A stretch of DNA of 64,000 bases from an uncultured bacterium (lineage in GTDB: Bacteria > Patescibacteriota > Doudnabacteria > UBA920): NCBI GenBank assembly GCA_963749445.1, contig CAVVMJ010000010.1:181738-245737 (forward strand), in the 5' to 3' direction. This document shows positions 44,242-52,225 of the stretch, one piece after another. The notes below the pieces were generated by a model. That model had not been told where the DNA came from and searched no databases. It saw only the letters and a program-made list of their open reading frames with translations. Position 1 is the stretch's first letter. Each line of letters begins with the position of its first letter. The position numbers and the translations under genes were made by a program.

Positions 44242-45165
44242 TCAATTTTTATTTCTTAATTTTTTTAATATCTCAATATCTGCCTTTACCTTATCATGTT
44301 CTGTTTCAAATATCAATGGCATGTCAAGGCCAACAGCGCCGAAGGCATCATTATTTCTCTCCCCCTTCGGGGGAGATGTCGCGTTTGACGCGACGGAGAG
44401 GGTGCCAAAATAACGGATAAGCGCCCCAAAACCCTTTTCCCCGATTTTACCGTCGCCAATGTGCTCGTGACGGTCTTTTTTGCCGCCAAGGTCTATTTTG
44501 GAGTCGTTAATGTGGCTCATTTTTAGCCATTTGAGGCCAATGATTTTATCAAATTTTTTAAAAACCGATGACACCGCCGCGTCGTCGCGCAAATCATAAC
44601 CGCTGGCAAAAGCGTGCTGGGTATCAAAACAAATGCCGCCAAAAGTTTTAAATTTCACCAACGGTTTCATAAGTTCAGCCAACTGTTCAAACGTGCCGCC
44701 TAAAGTTTCCCCGGCTCCAGCCGCTATCTCGAGCAGAAACTGCGTGTCGCCCTGATATTTTTTTAGAACTTCTGATAAGCCTTCTTTAGCCTGCTTTAAA
44801 GCCTTCTCTTTTCCCAGATCCTTACCGCTGCCCAAATGCGTCATCACATATTTTGCGCCAAGTAAATTTGCGCGCTTTAATTCTTCCCCAACAACGGAAA
44901 TTGAGCCGTGATAAATTCTTGGCGCCTTTGAACCAAAATTGATGAAATAAGGGCAATGGACCACAAAAATATCTAGCTGATATTTTTGCATCTCATCTTT
45001 AAATCTTTCAATCATTAAATCATTCAATTCCGGAGCTTTCCCTCCCATCGGCGGCCGCGTGAAAATCTGGAAAGTTTCGCAGCCCAAAAGAGCCGCGTTT
45101 TTTGGCGCGTTAAAAACCCCTCCCGCGACGGAAACATGGCAGCCGATTAACAGTTTATTTATCAT
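44242..45165 (-). CDS. nfo: Endonuclease IV
   Basis: GCHVS.AGG, HCPYFIN, DTQH.FASGYD, HINDSK, DRHEHIG.G.IG. Confidence 0.96.
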   Translation of the reverse strand: MINKLLIGCHVSVAGGVFNAPKNAALLGCETFQIFTRPPMGGKAPELNDLMIERFKDEMQKYQLDIFVVHCPYFINFGSKAPRIYHGSISVVGEELKRANLLGAKYVMTHLGSGKDLGKEKALKQAKEGLSEVLKKYQGDTQFLLEIAAGAGETLGGTFEQLAELMKPLVKFKTFGGICFDTQHAFASGYDLRDDAAVSSVFKKFDKIIGLKWLKMSHINDSKIDLGGKKDRHEHIGDGKIGEKGFGALIRYFGTLSVASNATSPPKGERNNDAFGAVGLDMPLIFETEHDKVKADIEILKKLRNKN

Positions 45166-45376
45166 CGACCTCATTCCAATCTTTTACGGAAATCTCAGCT
45201 TGGCGCAGGATTTCCGACACTAAATATTTTGAAATGTCGCCCTTGTGCGGATTTGGGATACGAACTTTTAAAGCACCTTTGGCCATAAACAAATGACGGC
45301 CGCCGGAATACGGGCCGTCAAAACCAAATTGGCGAAATTTTAATATTAACTTCTTTAAGGAAATATTTTTAGGCAT
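45155..45376 (-). CDS. hicA: HicA family toxin
   Basis: GF....GGRH, IPNPH, EILRQA. Confidence 0.88.
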   Translation of the reverse strand: MPKNISLKKLILKFRQFGFDGPYSGGRHLFMAKGALKVRIPNPHKGDISKYLVSEILRQAEISVKDWNEVDDK

Positions 45377-45623
45377 ACTTAACCACAGCCAAATTTTTTA
45401 TTTTGGCGGCCTTGATTTTAAAACCGCTTATCGGCCTCCGGTCGCGCAACTGCAAAACCAGCCAGTCTTCCAGTACGTCCCGAAGCTCAATTCGGCAACC
45501 TTCCAATGTTCTTGCGTTTGCCCATACGCCCGGCAGTCCCGGAATCTCGCCAAAATACGACCCGCCTTTTAGGATCTTATACTTTGCAATTTTTAGCTTA
45601 TTCCTTATAAATTCCGTAAGCAT
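45369..45623 (-). CDS. hicB: HicB family antitoxin (short form)
   Basis: GEIPGLPGVWANARTLEGC...L; overlaps hicA. Confidence 0.88.
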   Translation of the reverse strand: MLTEFIRNKLKIAKYKILKGGSYFGEIPGLPGVWANARTLEGCRIELRDVLEDWLVLQLRDRRPISGFKIKAAKIKNLAVVKYA

Positions 45624-45665
45624 ACTAATATTATATAATAACGTTTATATAAAAGCAATCTTTTC

Positions 45666-46950
45666 TTATTGCTTGATGTTTTCCACTTCCAATATCTTCT
45701 TGAATTGGGTGTCGATTTTGTAAGGGCCGATGACGGCTAGGGTCAGGTTTTTATTTTGGAAGAGGTCACGCGCGACTTTTTGGATGATGGGTGATGTGAC
45801 AGCGTCAATTCTTTTAAAAATTTCCTCCGGGGTTTCGATTTTTTTATAAAACGCGGCGCGTTCCAAAAACCAATCCAAGCCGGACCTGGTTGTCTTCCAA
45901 GGCTAAGACGGTTTTACCCTTAATGTATTCTTTAGCTTTTTGAATTTCTTTTTCGCCGACGGGCGCATCTTTTATCTTTTTTAATTCGCCGATAATAACC
46001 TAAGTCGCTTCGCTGATTTTATCCACCTGCACGCCCGCGCTAACCGTAAACGATCCTGTGTCCTGATAACTCCCCGGACTACAACGCACGTAATATCCCA
46101 AACCGCGTTTCTCCCGCACTTCAGTAAAAAGCCGGCTGGACATTCCCCCGCCGAGAATGGATGCCAAAACCGAAACCGCGGAGTTGCGGCTGTCGTTATA
46201 AGCAAACCCCTTAAAGCCCAACGCCAAGTGCGCTTGCTGGGTATCTTTGTATTCAATTTTTACGCGCTGATGGTTTTGTTTATCTTTTACTTTATTCCAA
46301 CCGTAAAAACGTTTTTTCGGATACGTCTGCCAATATTTTTTTATCAGCTGATCTAATTGCCGCGTATCATACTTCCCCGAAACTCCCAAAATCATATTTG
46401 AAGTTTGGTAATGGCGACCGATATAGTCTAAAAACATCGCGCGGTCAAATTTGGTAACGGTTTGTTTGGTGCCGGCAATGTCACGGCCCAAGGCATCGTT
46501 CGGCCACATTGTCCGCTCCAGAACATTGTCCACTTCCATCATGGGGGTGTCTTTATACATATTTATTTCTTCTACAATAACGCCCTTTTCTCGCTCCATT
46601 TCCGCTTTATCAAGCAGCGGATTTTGGATCATGTCCGTAAGAATTTCAAAAATCAGCGGCAGATGTTTGCTGGCCGCTTTAATATAAAACTGCGTGTACT
46701 CCTTGCCCGTGCTGGCGTTCATTTCCCCGCCAATGGCGTCCACGACCTCCGATATGGCCATGGCCGAAGGATATTTTTTACTGCCCTTGAACAAAAAATG
46801 CTCCAAAAAATGCGAAATGCCGTTTTCTTTTGGCGTCTCGCTCCGGCTACCCGTCTTCACAAAAAAATCCACCACTACGCTTTCAGCATCATGGCTGGGG
46901 ACTTCAATGACGGTTAAACCATTGGATAATGTTTTTTTGCTATACTTCAT
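45666..46950 (-). CDS. M16 family zinc peptidase (frameshifted near the 3' end)
   Basis: GISHFLEH..FKG, GGMSSRLF.EVREKRGL.Y. Confidence 0.92.
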
Positions 46951-46957
46951 GCCGTTT

Positions 46958-47293
46958 CTAAAATTCTAGCGCCTGATTCTCAGGATCAATTCTCGAAATT
47001 AATGCTTTAAGATCAACTAGTAATTCCTCATATTCGTCCCAGCCAACTGGTTGCTTGCTTCTATATCTTGTCAAAGCTTGCAAGGTTCTTTGAGAGATAT
47101 TTGCCGCATCTACTTTTAACGCAGTGGGGTCATATTCTAGGCCCTAATGTCCTAAATCTTCCTGGGAATCGGCCTGAACTGATATCTTAGCTTCAAGTTT
47201 TGGAACAAGCTCGACCAAGGCCATGGCCAAAGCCCGAAGCCGGTCATACTCACTTTCTCCCATGGGTAGAAATTTGCTTTCTCTGCCTATCAT
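46958..47293 (-). CDS. Hypothetical protein (one apparent frameshift near 47145)
   Basis: MIGRESKF... frame continues in another open frame to ...QALEF*. Confidence 0.4.
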
Positions 47294-47297
47294 AATT

Positions 47298-48428
47298 TTA
47301 CCCTCTAACAACATTAGCCAACAACGGGGTTGGTACAATGATGAATTTTTTGACTTTTCCTTTTTCCAAGTATACCAAATCCTCAATCCTAATGCCGCCG
47401 AGTTTGGGAATGTAGACGCCGGGTTCTATGGAAAAAACCATCCCGTCTTTTAATATGTCTTTTGATCCCGGTGATAAATTCGGCAGCTCGTGGATTTCCA
47501 GGCCCGTACCGTGACCGAGGCTGTGGATAAAATATTTATCGAGGTGTTTTTCTTTTAAAACATCCACGGATTTTTGATAGACATCTCCTGCAATAATCAT
47601 CGACGGCACGCCGCGGCGTGCCGCTACATTGGCTGCCTGTGTAGAGGCATGCCGCAGCATGCCTTTTTCGTCAATAAAATTAATAGACTCATTATACGCC
47701 TTCTCCACCTGATTATAAGCCATTTCCAGGCGCTTGGGAACTGTTTTCAAAAATACGGTACGGGTAAAATCACTGCAATAATTTTTGTATTTAAAGCCAA
47801 AATCCAAAATAATAGACTCCCCTGCCCGCAGAAGCTTATTCGACGGAACATGATGGGGAACGGCGGCATTTGCTCCGCTGGCCACAATCGGGGGAAAAGA
47901 AACGTCTTCGGCGCCTAATTTTATTCCTGATGATTTGATAAAATTCGCCAACTTAATTTCCGTCATTCCCGGTTTTTTTATTTCCCTGCGTACCTGCCCA
48001 AACACTTTTTCCACTATTTGCATCGACTTTTTTACCAATCCAATTTCTACGTTATCCTTAACCATCCTAAGACGGTCAACCGGATCGTGCTTGATGACAA
48101 CTTTAAGTTTCAGTTTGGGATTTTTATGCTTTATATATTTTACTTCCGCGTACGTAAATTCCCCAAACACTTCCAGGGTCTGATTTTTTGGCACATACAT
48201 TCCAACATTCTTAAAAAAATCAGAATGTACTCCTTCTATTTTCTCCAACCCATCCCCCAAAAACACCACGTCCGTCTTTGTCCGTTTCCTGTCCGCCGCA
48301 GTCGGTTTTACCAGCAAATACCCCGCCAAAAAAGAACGACCTGTCAAATACAACAGGTTTTCTTTTTTCTTTATAAGCAACGGATTACGCAGAGCCTCCG
48401 CTAATTTAATTAGGCGTTTTTTATTCAT
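47298..48428 (-). CDS. Xaa-Pro peptidase family protein (M24) with in-frame REP pair
   Basis: PHH, YCSDFTRT, HSLGHGTGLEIHE, IEPGVY, GIRIED. Confidence 0.93.
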   Translation of the reverse strand: MNKKRLIKLAEALRNPLLIKKKENLLYLTGRSFLAGYLLVKPTAADRKRTKTDVVFLGDGLEKIEGVHSDFFKNVGMYVPKNQTLEVFGEFTYAEVKYIKHKNPKLKLKVVIKHDPVDRLRMVKDNVEIGLVKKSMQIVEKVFGQVRREIKKPGMTEIKLANFIKSSGIKLGAEDVSFPPIVASGANAAVPHHVPSNKLLRAGESIILDFGFKYKNYCSDFTRTVFLKTVPKRLEMAYNQVEKAYNESINFIDEKGMLRHASTQAANVAARRGVPSMIIAGDVYQKSVDVLKEKHLDKYFIHSLGHGTGLEIHELPNLSPGSKDILKDGMVFSIEPGVYIPKLGGIRIEDLVYLEKGKVKKFIIVPTPLLANVVRG

Positions 48429-48778
48429 TGCTTATTACCTGTTTTCTCTAAGCGATCCAAAAAAGCTTTGAACACCCGCAAGCTGCCTTCGATGGAATCA
48501 AGGTTGGATTTATCCTGTTCATTAAGTTTGTTTTGGCCGATGCTCACCTTCAGGTCTTCTATCACCCCTTCTAATTGTTTAACTAACGGAGTCATCGCAT
48601 TTTTCTTTTCTTCCGCGGCCAAATCGCCGGTTTGAAGTTTTTGTAGTTCAGGTAAAATATAATCACTTATTCTTTCAAAGGAACTCTCCAAAGCCCGAAC
48701 CAGTTCTCGGGAATAAGGTTTTTCTTGAGGTAACCCAATAGTTCTTCTGTCAGGACCGCGTCGAGATACAATATCCAT
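48425..48778 (-). CDS. Hypothetical protein
   Basis: ORF abutting glyQS and overlapping the peptidase start. Confidence 0.55.
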   Translation of the reverse strand: MDIVSRRGPDRRTIGLPQEKPYSRELVRALESSFERISDYILPELQKLQTGDLAAEEKKNAMTPLVKQLEGVIEDLKVSIGQNKLNEQDKSNLDSIEGSLRVFKAFLDRLEKTGNKQ

Positions 48779-48779
48779 T

Positions 48780-50177
48780 TTATAGTAATTTATTTGATAA
48801 ATAATTTTGCAATTCCTCAATCTTCACCCTCGCCTGCTCTTTGCTGTCGCGGTCGCGGACGGTGACATCGCCTTTCTCCAAAGAGTCAAAATCCACGGTA
48901 ATGCAAAACGGGGTGCCGATTTCGTCCTGGCTGTAATAACGTTTGCCCACGTTACCGCGGTCGTCCCAGGCAATGGGACCAAGTGCTAAGTTACTAGTGC
49001 TAAGTGCTAAGTAGATTTCCTTGGCTTTAGCTACCAATTCAGGCTTATTTTTTAGCAACGGAAAAACCGCAACTTTATACGGCGCAAGTTTGGGAGGCAA
49101 TGATAAATAAACGCGGTCAGCATCTTCGCGGTAAAATTCACACAATACCGCCAAAACGCTTCTATCCACGCCCCAAGTCGGCTCAATTACGTGAGGGAGA
49201 TATTTTTCGTTGGTCTGCGGGTCGGTGTAGCGTAAATCATGGCCCGATGCTTTTTGGTGCTGGGATAAATCGTAATCCGTGCGGTAAGCCAAGCCGTATA
49301 ACTCCGATTTTCCAAAAGGAAAATCATATTCAAAATCTATGGTGCGCTTGGAATAAAACGCGCGGTCGCTTTCCGGCACTTCCAATTCGTGAATGTGCGC
49401 GATGTCTATGCCAAGATCGTTTTGTATCCAATCCAGCATATCGCGCCGCCAGAGCTCAAAATATTCGTCCCAGTCCTCGTCGGTTTTAGGCGGCTCAATA
49501 AAATACTCAATTTCCATTTGCTCAAATTCGCGCGTGCGGAAAATAAAATTTCCGGGCGTAATTTCGTTGCGGAACGCCTTGCCGATTTGCGCGATGCCGA
49601 AAGGAATAGTCTTTCTGGCCGTATCCAAAACATTTTTAAAATCCACAAACATCGCCTGCGCGGTTTCAGGGCGGAAGTAGGCAACTGACTTTTCACCCTC
49701 AACAGGCCCTAAGTTAGTCTTTAACATCATATTAAATTGCCTAACAGGCATAAATACATGTTCTTTTTTTGTGACCGGACAGATTACAAATTCCCGATCT
49801 TCCTTTGAAGCGTTTTGAGGATCATGATAATGTTCAGCCATCATTCTTTGTTTAGCTTCTAACTGATGATCAACGCGAAATCGCTGATGACAATTTTCAC
49901 ACTCTATCAATGGGTCATTGAATTCTTTCAAGTGCCCGCTGGCTTCCCACACGCTCGGCTTCATTATCAAAGCTGCGTCTATGCCGACCATATCGTCGCG
50001 CTGCTGGACAAAGCGCTTCCACCACAACTGCTTGATGTTATTTTTCAGCTCCACCCCGACCGGCCCGTAATCAAAAGAATTGGCAAACCCGCCATAAATC
50101 TCGCTGCCGGGGAACACAAATCCCCGCCTTTTGCAAAGCGATACAATTTTTTCCATTAAGTCATTTTGTTCTGGCAT
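48780..50177 (-). CDS. glyQS: Glycine--tRNA ligase (alpha2, single-chain type)
   Basis: CKRRGFVFP, RPETAQ, FRNEI.P.NFIFRTREFEQME, DEIGTP. Confidence 0.97.
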   Translation of the reverse strand: MPEQNDLMEKIVSLCKRRGFVFPGSEIYGGFANSFDYGPVGVELKNNIKQLWWKRFVQQRDDMVGIDAALIMKPSVWEASGHLKEFNDPLIECENCHQRFRVDHQLEAKQRMMAEHYHDPQNASKEDREFVICPVTKKEHVFMPVRQFNMMLKTNLGPVEGEKSVAYFRPETAQAMFVDFKNVLDTARKTIPFGIAQIGKAFRNEITPGNFIFRTREFEQMEIEYFIEPPKTDEDWDEYFELWRRDMLDWIQNDLGIDIAHIHELEVPESDRAFYSKRTIDFEYDFPFGKSELYGLAYRTDYDLSQHQKASGHDLRYTDPQTNEKYLPHVIEPTWGVDRSVLAVLCEFYREDADRVYLSLPPKLAPYKVAVFPLLKNKPELVAKAKEIYLALSTSNLALGPIAWDDRGNVGKRYYSQDEIGTPFCITVDFDSLEKGDVTVRDRDSKEQARVKIEELQNYLSNKLL

Positions 50178-50181
50178 AAAT

Positions 50182-50379
50182 TTACTTTTTCTTCTGGAAT
50201 TGCCTTAAATCTTCAAGCAATCTAATGACGTACTCTACTCTATCTTTTTCTGCTTTTACGAGCTCTATTGCCTCAGCTGTATTTCCAATTTTGACACCCC
50301 TTGATTCCGCTAACTTTCTTGCATATTCTAAGGCATTAACTGCCTCCTCCGCCGGATTTCTTACATCTGGATTTGACAT
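50182..50379 (-). CDS. Small hypothetical protein
   Basis: 65-aa ORF between tgt and glyQS. Confidence 0.5.
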   Translation of the reverse strand: MSNPDVRNPAEEAVNALEYARKLAESRGVKIGNTAEAIELVKAEKDRVEYVIRLLEDLRQFQKKK

Positions 50380-50401
50380 ATATTTTTAATTAAATTCTTA
50401 T

Positions 50402-51793
50402 TTAATAATGCTCTTTATAATATTTTAGCATATCTTCAAAATAATCGTAAGTGATGGCGGTGCGGATTTTTTTCATTAGGTTTAGATAAAAACGCAGGTT
50501 GTGCATTGTGGCCAGGCGGGTGCCGAGCTGTTCACCGGTGGCAAATAAATGCCGCAGATAAGATTTGGTGTGGTTTAAACACAAGTAGCAATCGCAAGTG
50601 TTGTCTATGGGGGTAAAATCTTCTTTGTATTTTTCCAGGCGGATGTCGATGGTTTGGTAGCCTTCTACAACTCCAACCCCCTCCCCCCGCTTCGCGGGAT
50701 ACTCCCCCTTGTCACCCCTCGACTCCGCTCGGGGTGACCCTGAGCGGTAGCCGAATGAGTCAGGGGGAGAGGCTCCGCGTTTGTTCGAGGATATACGCGG
50801 AGCTTCCCCTCCGAGCTTGGGAGGGGTGGCCGCGCCAGCGGCCTGTTCGACTTCGCTCAAGGCCGCCCTGAGCCCAGCCGAATGGGCGGACGGGGTGGTT
50901 GGAGTCGGAATATTTTTTGCCGCGATATAAAGCCTTCCATGCCTCGCCTCCCTTGTCGGAATAACGCAATCAAAAGTATCGCAGCCGCGCGCCGTACCCT
51001 GGACAATATCGTAAGGCGTGCCTACGCCCAAAAGATGTTTGGGTTTTTGTTCCGGCAAATGCGCTATTGACCACTCCACGGCTTTCATCATTTCTTCAAA
51101 CGGCTCGTCAACCGTGGCTACGCCGCCGATGGCAAATCCTTCAAAACCAAAATTCGCCATCGCTTGGGCGGAAATTTTACGCAAGTCCTCAAAATTCGAA
51201 CCCTGAACTATACCCCAAAGTTTTTGTCCGGAGTTGATGGGGTCGCCGTGCTTCATAATATTTAAATGTTCGCGGATGGCGCGCTCGGCCCAGCGGTTGG
51301 TCAGCTCCGTGGAGATTTTACTTTTTTCATACTCAAACGGCACGCCGGAAAAATCATCCAAAATTAAAGCGATGTCGCTGCCCAGGTTGGCCTGGATTTG
51401 AATGGATTTTTCCGGCGATAAAATTTCCTGTTTGCCGTCCAAATCAAAATTAAACAGCACCCCGGCTTCCATTACCTTTTTAAATTTTGCCAGTGATTGC
51501 ACCTGAAATCCCCCGCTGTCAGTAAATATCGGCCCTTTCCAGTTCATAAATTGGTGCAAGCCGCCGGCTTTATAAATCAGTGCGTCGCCCGGACGTTGCC
51601 ACAAGTGGTAAGTATTAGCGAGTATCATTTCCGCGCCCCAAAATTTTAACTCCTCGCTCGTAACCGACTTAACCGTCCCCCTCGTCCCAATAGGCAAAAA
51701 CGCCGGCGTATGCACATCCCCGTGCGCGGTATGTATTATGCCGTTTCTTGCGGCTGATGAGGAATCTTTTTTTTGGATGTCGAAATAAGGCAT
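50402..51793 (-). CDS. tgt: tRNA-guanine transglycosylase with 78-aa repeat insertion
   Basis: LANTYHL, TDSGGFQ, GIVQG, HLLGVG, FDCVIPTR, CDCYLC, HNL. Confidence 0.96.
   Translation of the reverse strand: MPYFDIQKKDSSSAARNGIIHTAHGDVHTPAFLPIGTRGTVKSVTSEELKFWGAEMILANTYHLWQRPGDALIYKAGGLHQFMNWKGPIFTDSGGFQVQSLAKFKKVMEAGVLFNFDLDGKQEILSPEKSIQIQANLGSDIALILDDFSGVPFEYEKSKISTELTNRWAERAIREHLNIMKHGDPINSGQKLWGIVQGSNFEDLRKISAQAMANFGFEGFAIGGVATVDEPFEEMMKAVEWSIAHLPEQKPKHLLGVGTPYDIVQGTARGCDTFDCVIPTREARHGRLYIAAKNIPTPTTPSAHSAGLRAALSEVEQAAGAATPPKLGGEAPRISSNKRGASPPDSFGYRSGSPRAESRGDKGEYPAKRGEGVGVVEGYQTIDIRLEKYKEDFTPIDNTCDCYLCLNHTKSYLRHLFATGEQLGTRLATMHNLRFYLNLMKKIRTAITYDYFEDMLKYYKEHY
50671..50904. repeat. Tail-to-tail element pair with two nested 48-bp inserts, in frame inside tgt (234 bp)
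   Basis: 138 + 48 + 48 bp; aligns to the tatD copy once the inserts are removed. Confidence 0.92.
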
Positions 51794-51805
51794 AAAGAAA
51801 TTGAT

Positions 51806-51956
51806 GCGGAGCCTCCCCTCCTATTCCAAGAATTTCATTAGAACATAGGAGGGGTGGATCGCGAAGCGAGACGGGGTGGTATATAAATTGCCGATAACTA
51901 CCACCTCCCCCGCCTGCGGCGGGTACTCCTCCTATTCTAGGAGGAGAAGCTCCGCG
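51806..51956. repeat. Double-hairpin element pair, gene-less, head-to-head (upstream of tgt)
   Basis: GCGGAGC...GGGGTGGTA spacer TACCACC...GCTCCGCG. Confidence 0.9.
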
Positions 51957-52016
51957 ATTTTGCTCATTAACTATACCAAAACAGCGCCCCGATGTCGAAG
52001 CGCTATTTATAAAAAA

Positions 52017-52199
52017 CTAATTTACATTATCTCGAACATCTTTCATTTTTTCCATAAACTCTTTCTTAGAGTTTGCCGTAATGAAAGTGCCGTCTGGAAG
52101 TTCCAACCTAAAAGCTGGCTTGTGAATATCTTTCATTTCCCGAGAAAAATCTCTAGGAGGGGTTTCGTTTGGCATAGGAGCCACTTCTGGTGTAGCCAT
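52017..52199 (-). CDS. Small hypothetical protein
   Basis: 60-aa ORF immediately downstream of pnp. Confidence 0.45.
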   Translation of the reverse strand: MATPEVAPMPNETPPRDFSREMKDIHKPAFRLELPDGTFITANSKKEFMEKMKDVRDNVN

Positions 52200-52225
52200 A
52201 AATTTATTTATTCGTTAATTATTTT

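Noticed and set aside
36533-51793. Inteins or group I/II introns as the source of the inserts in leuS, tatD and tgt
   Set aside because: There are no C/S...HN intein termini or intron core motifs; the inserts match the palindromic element or a hydrolase domain.
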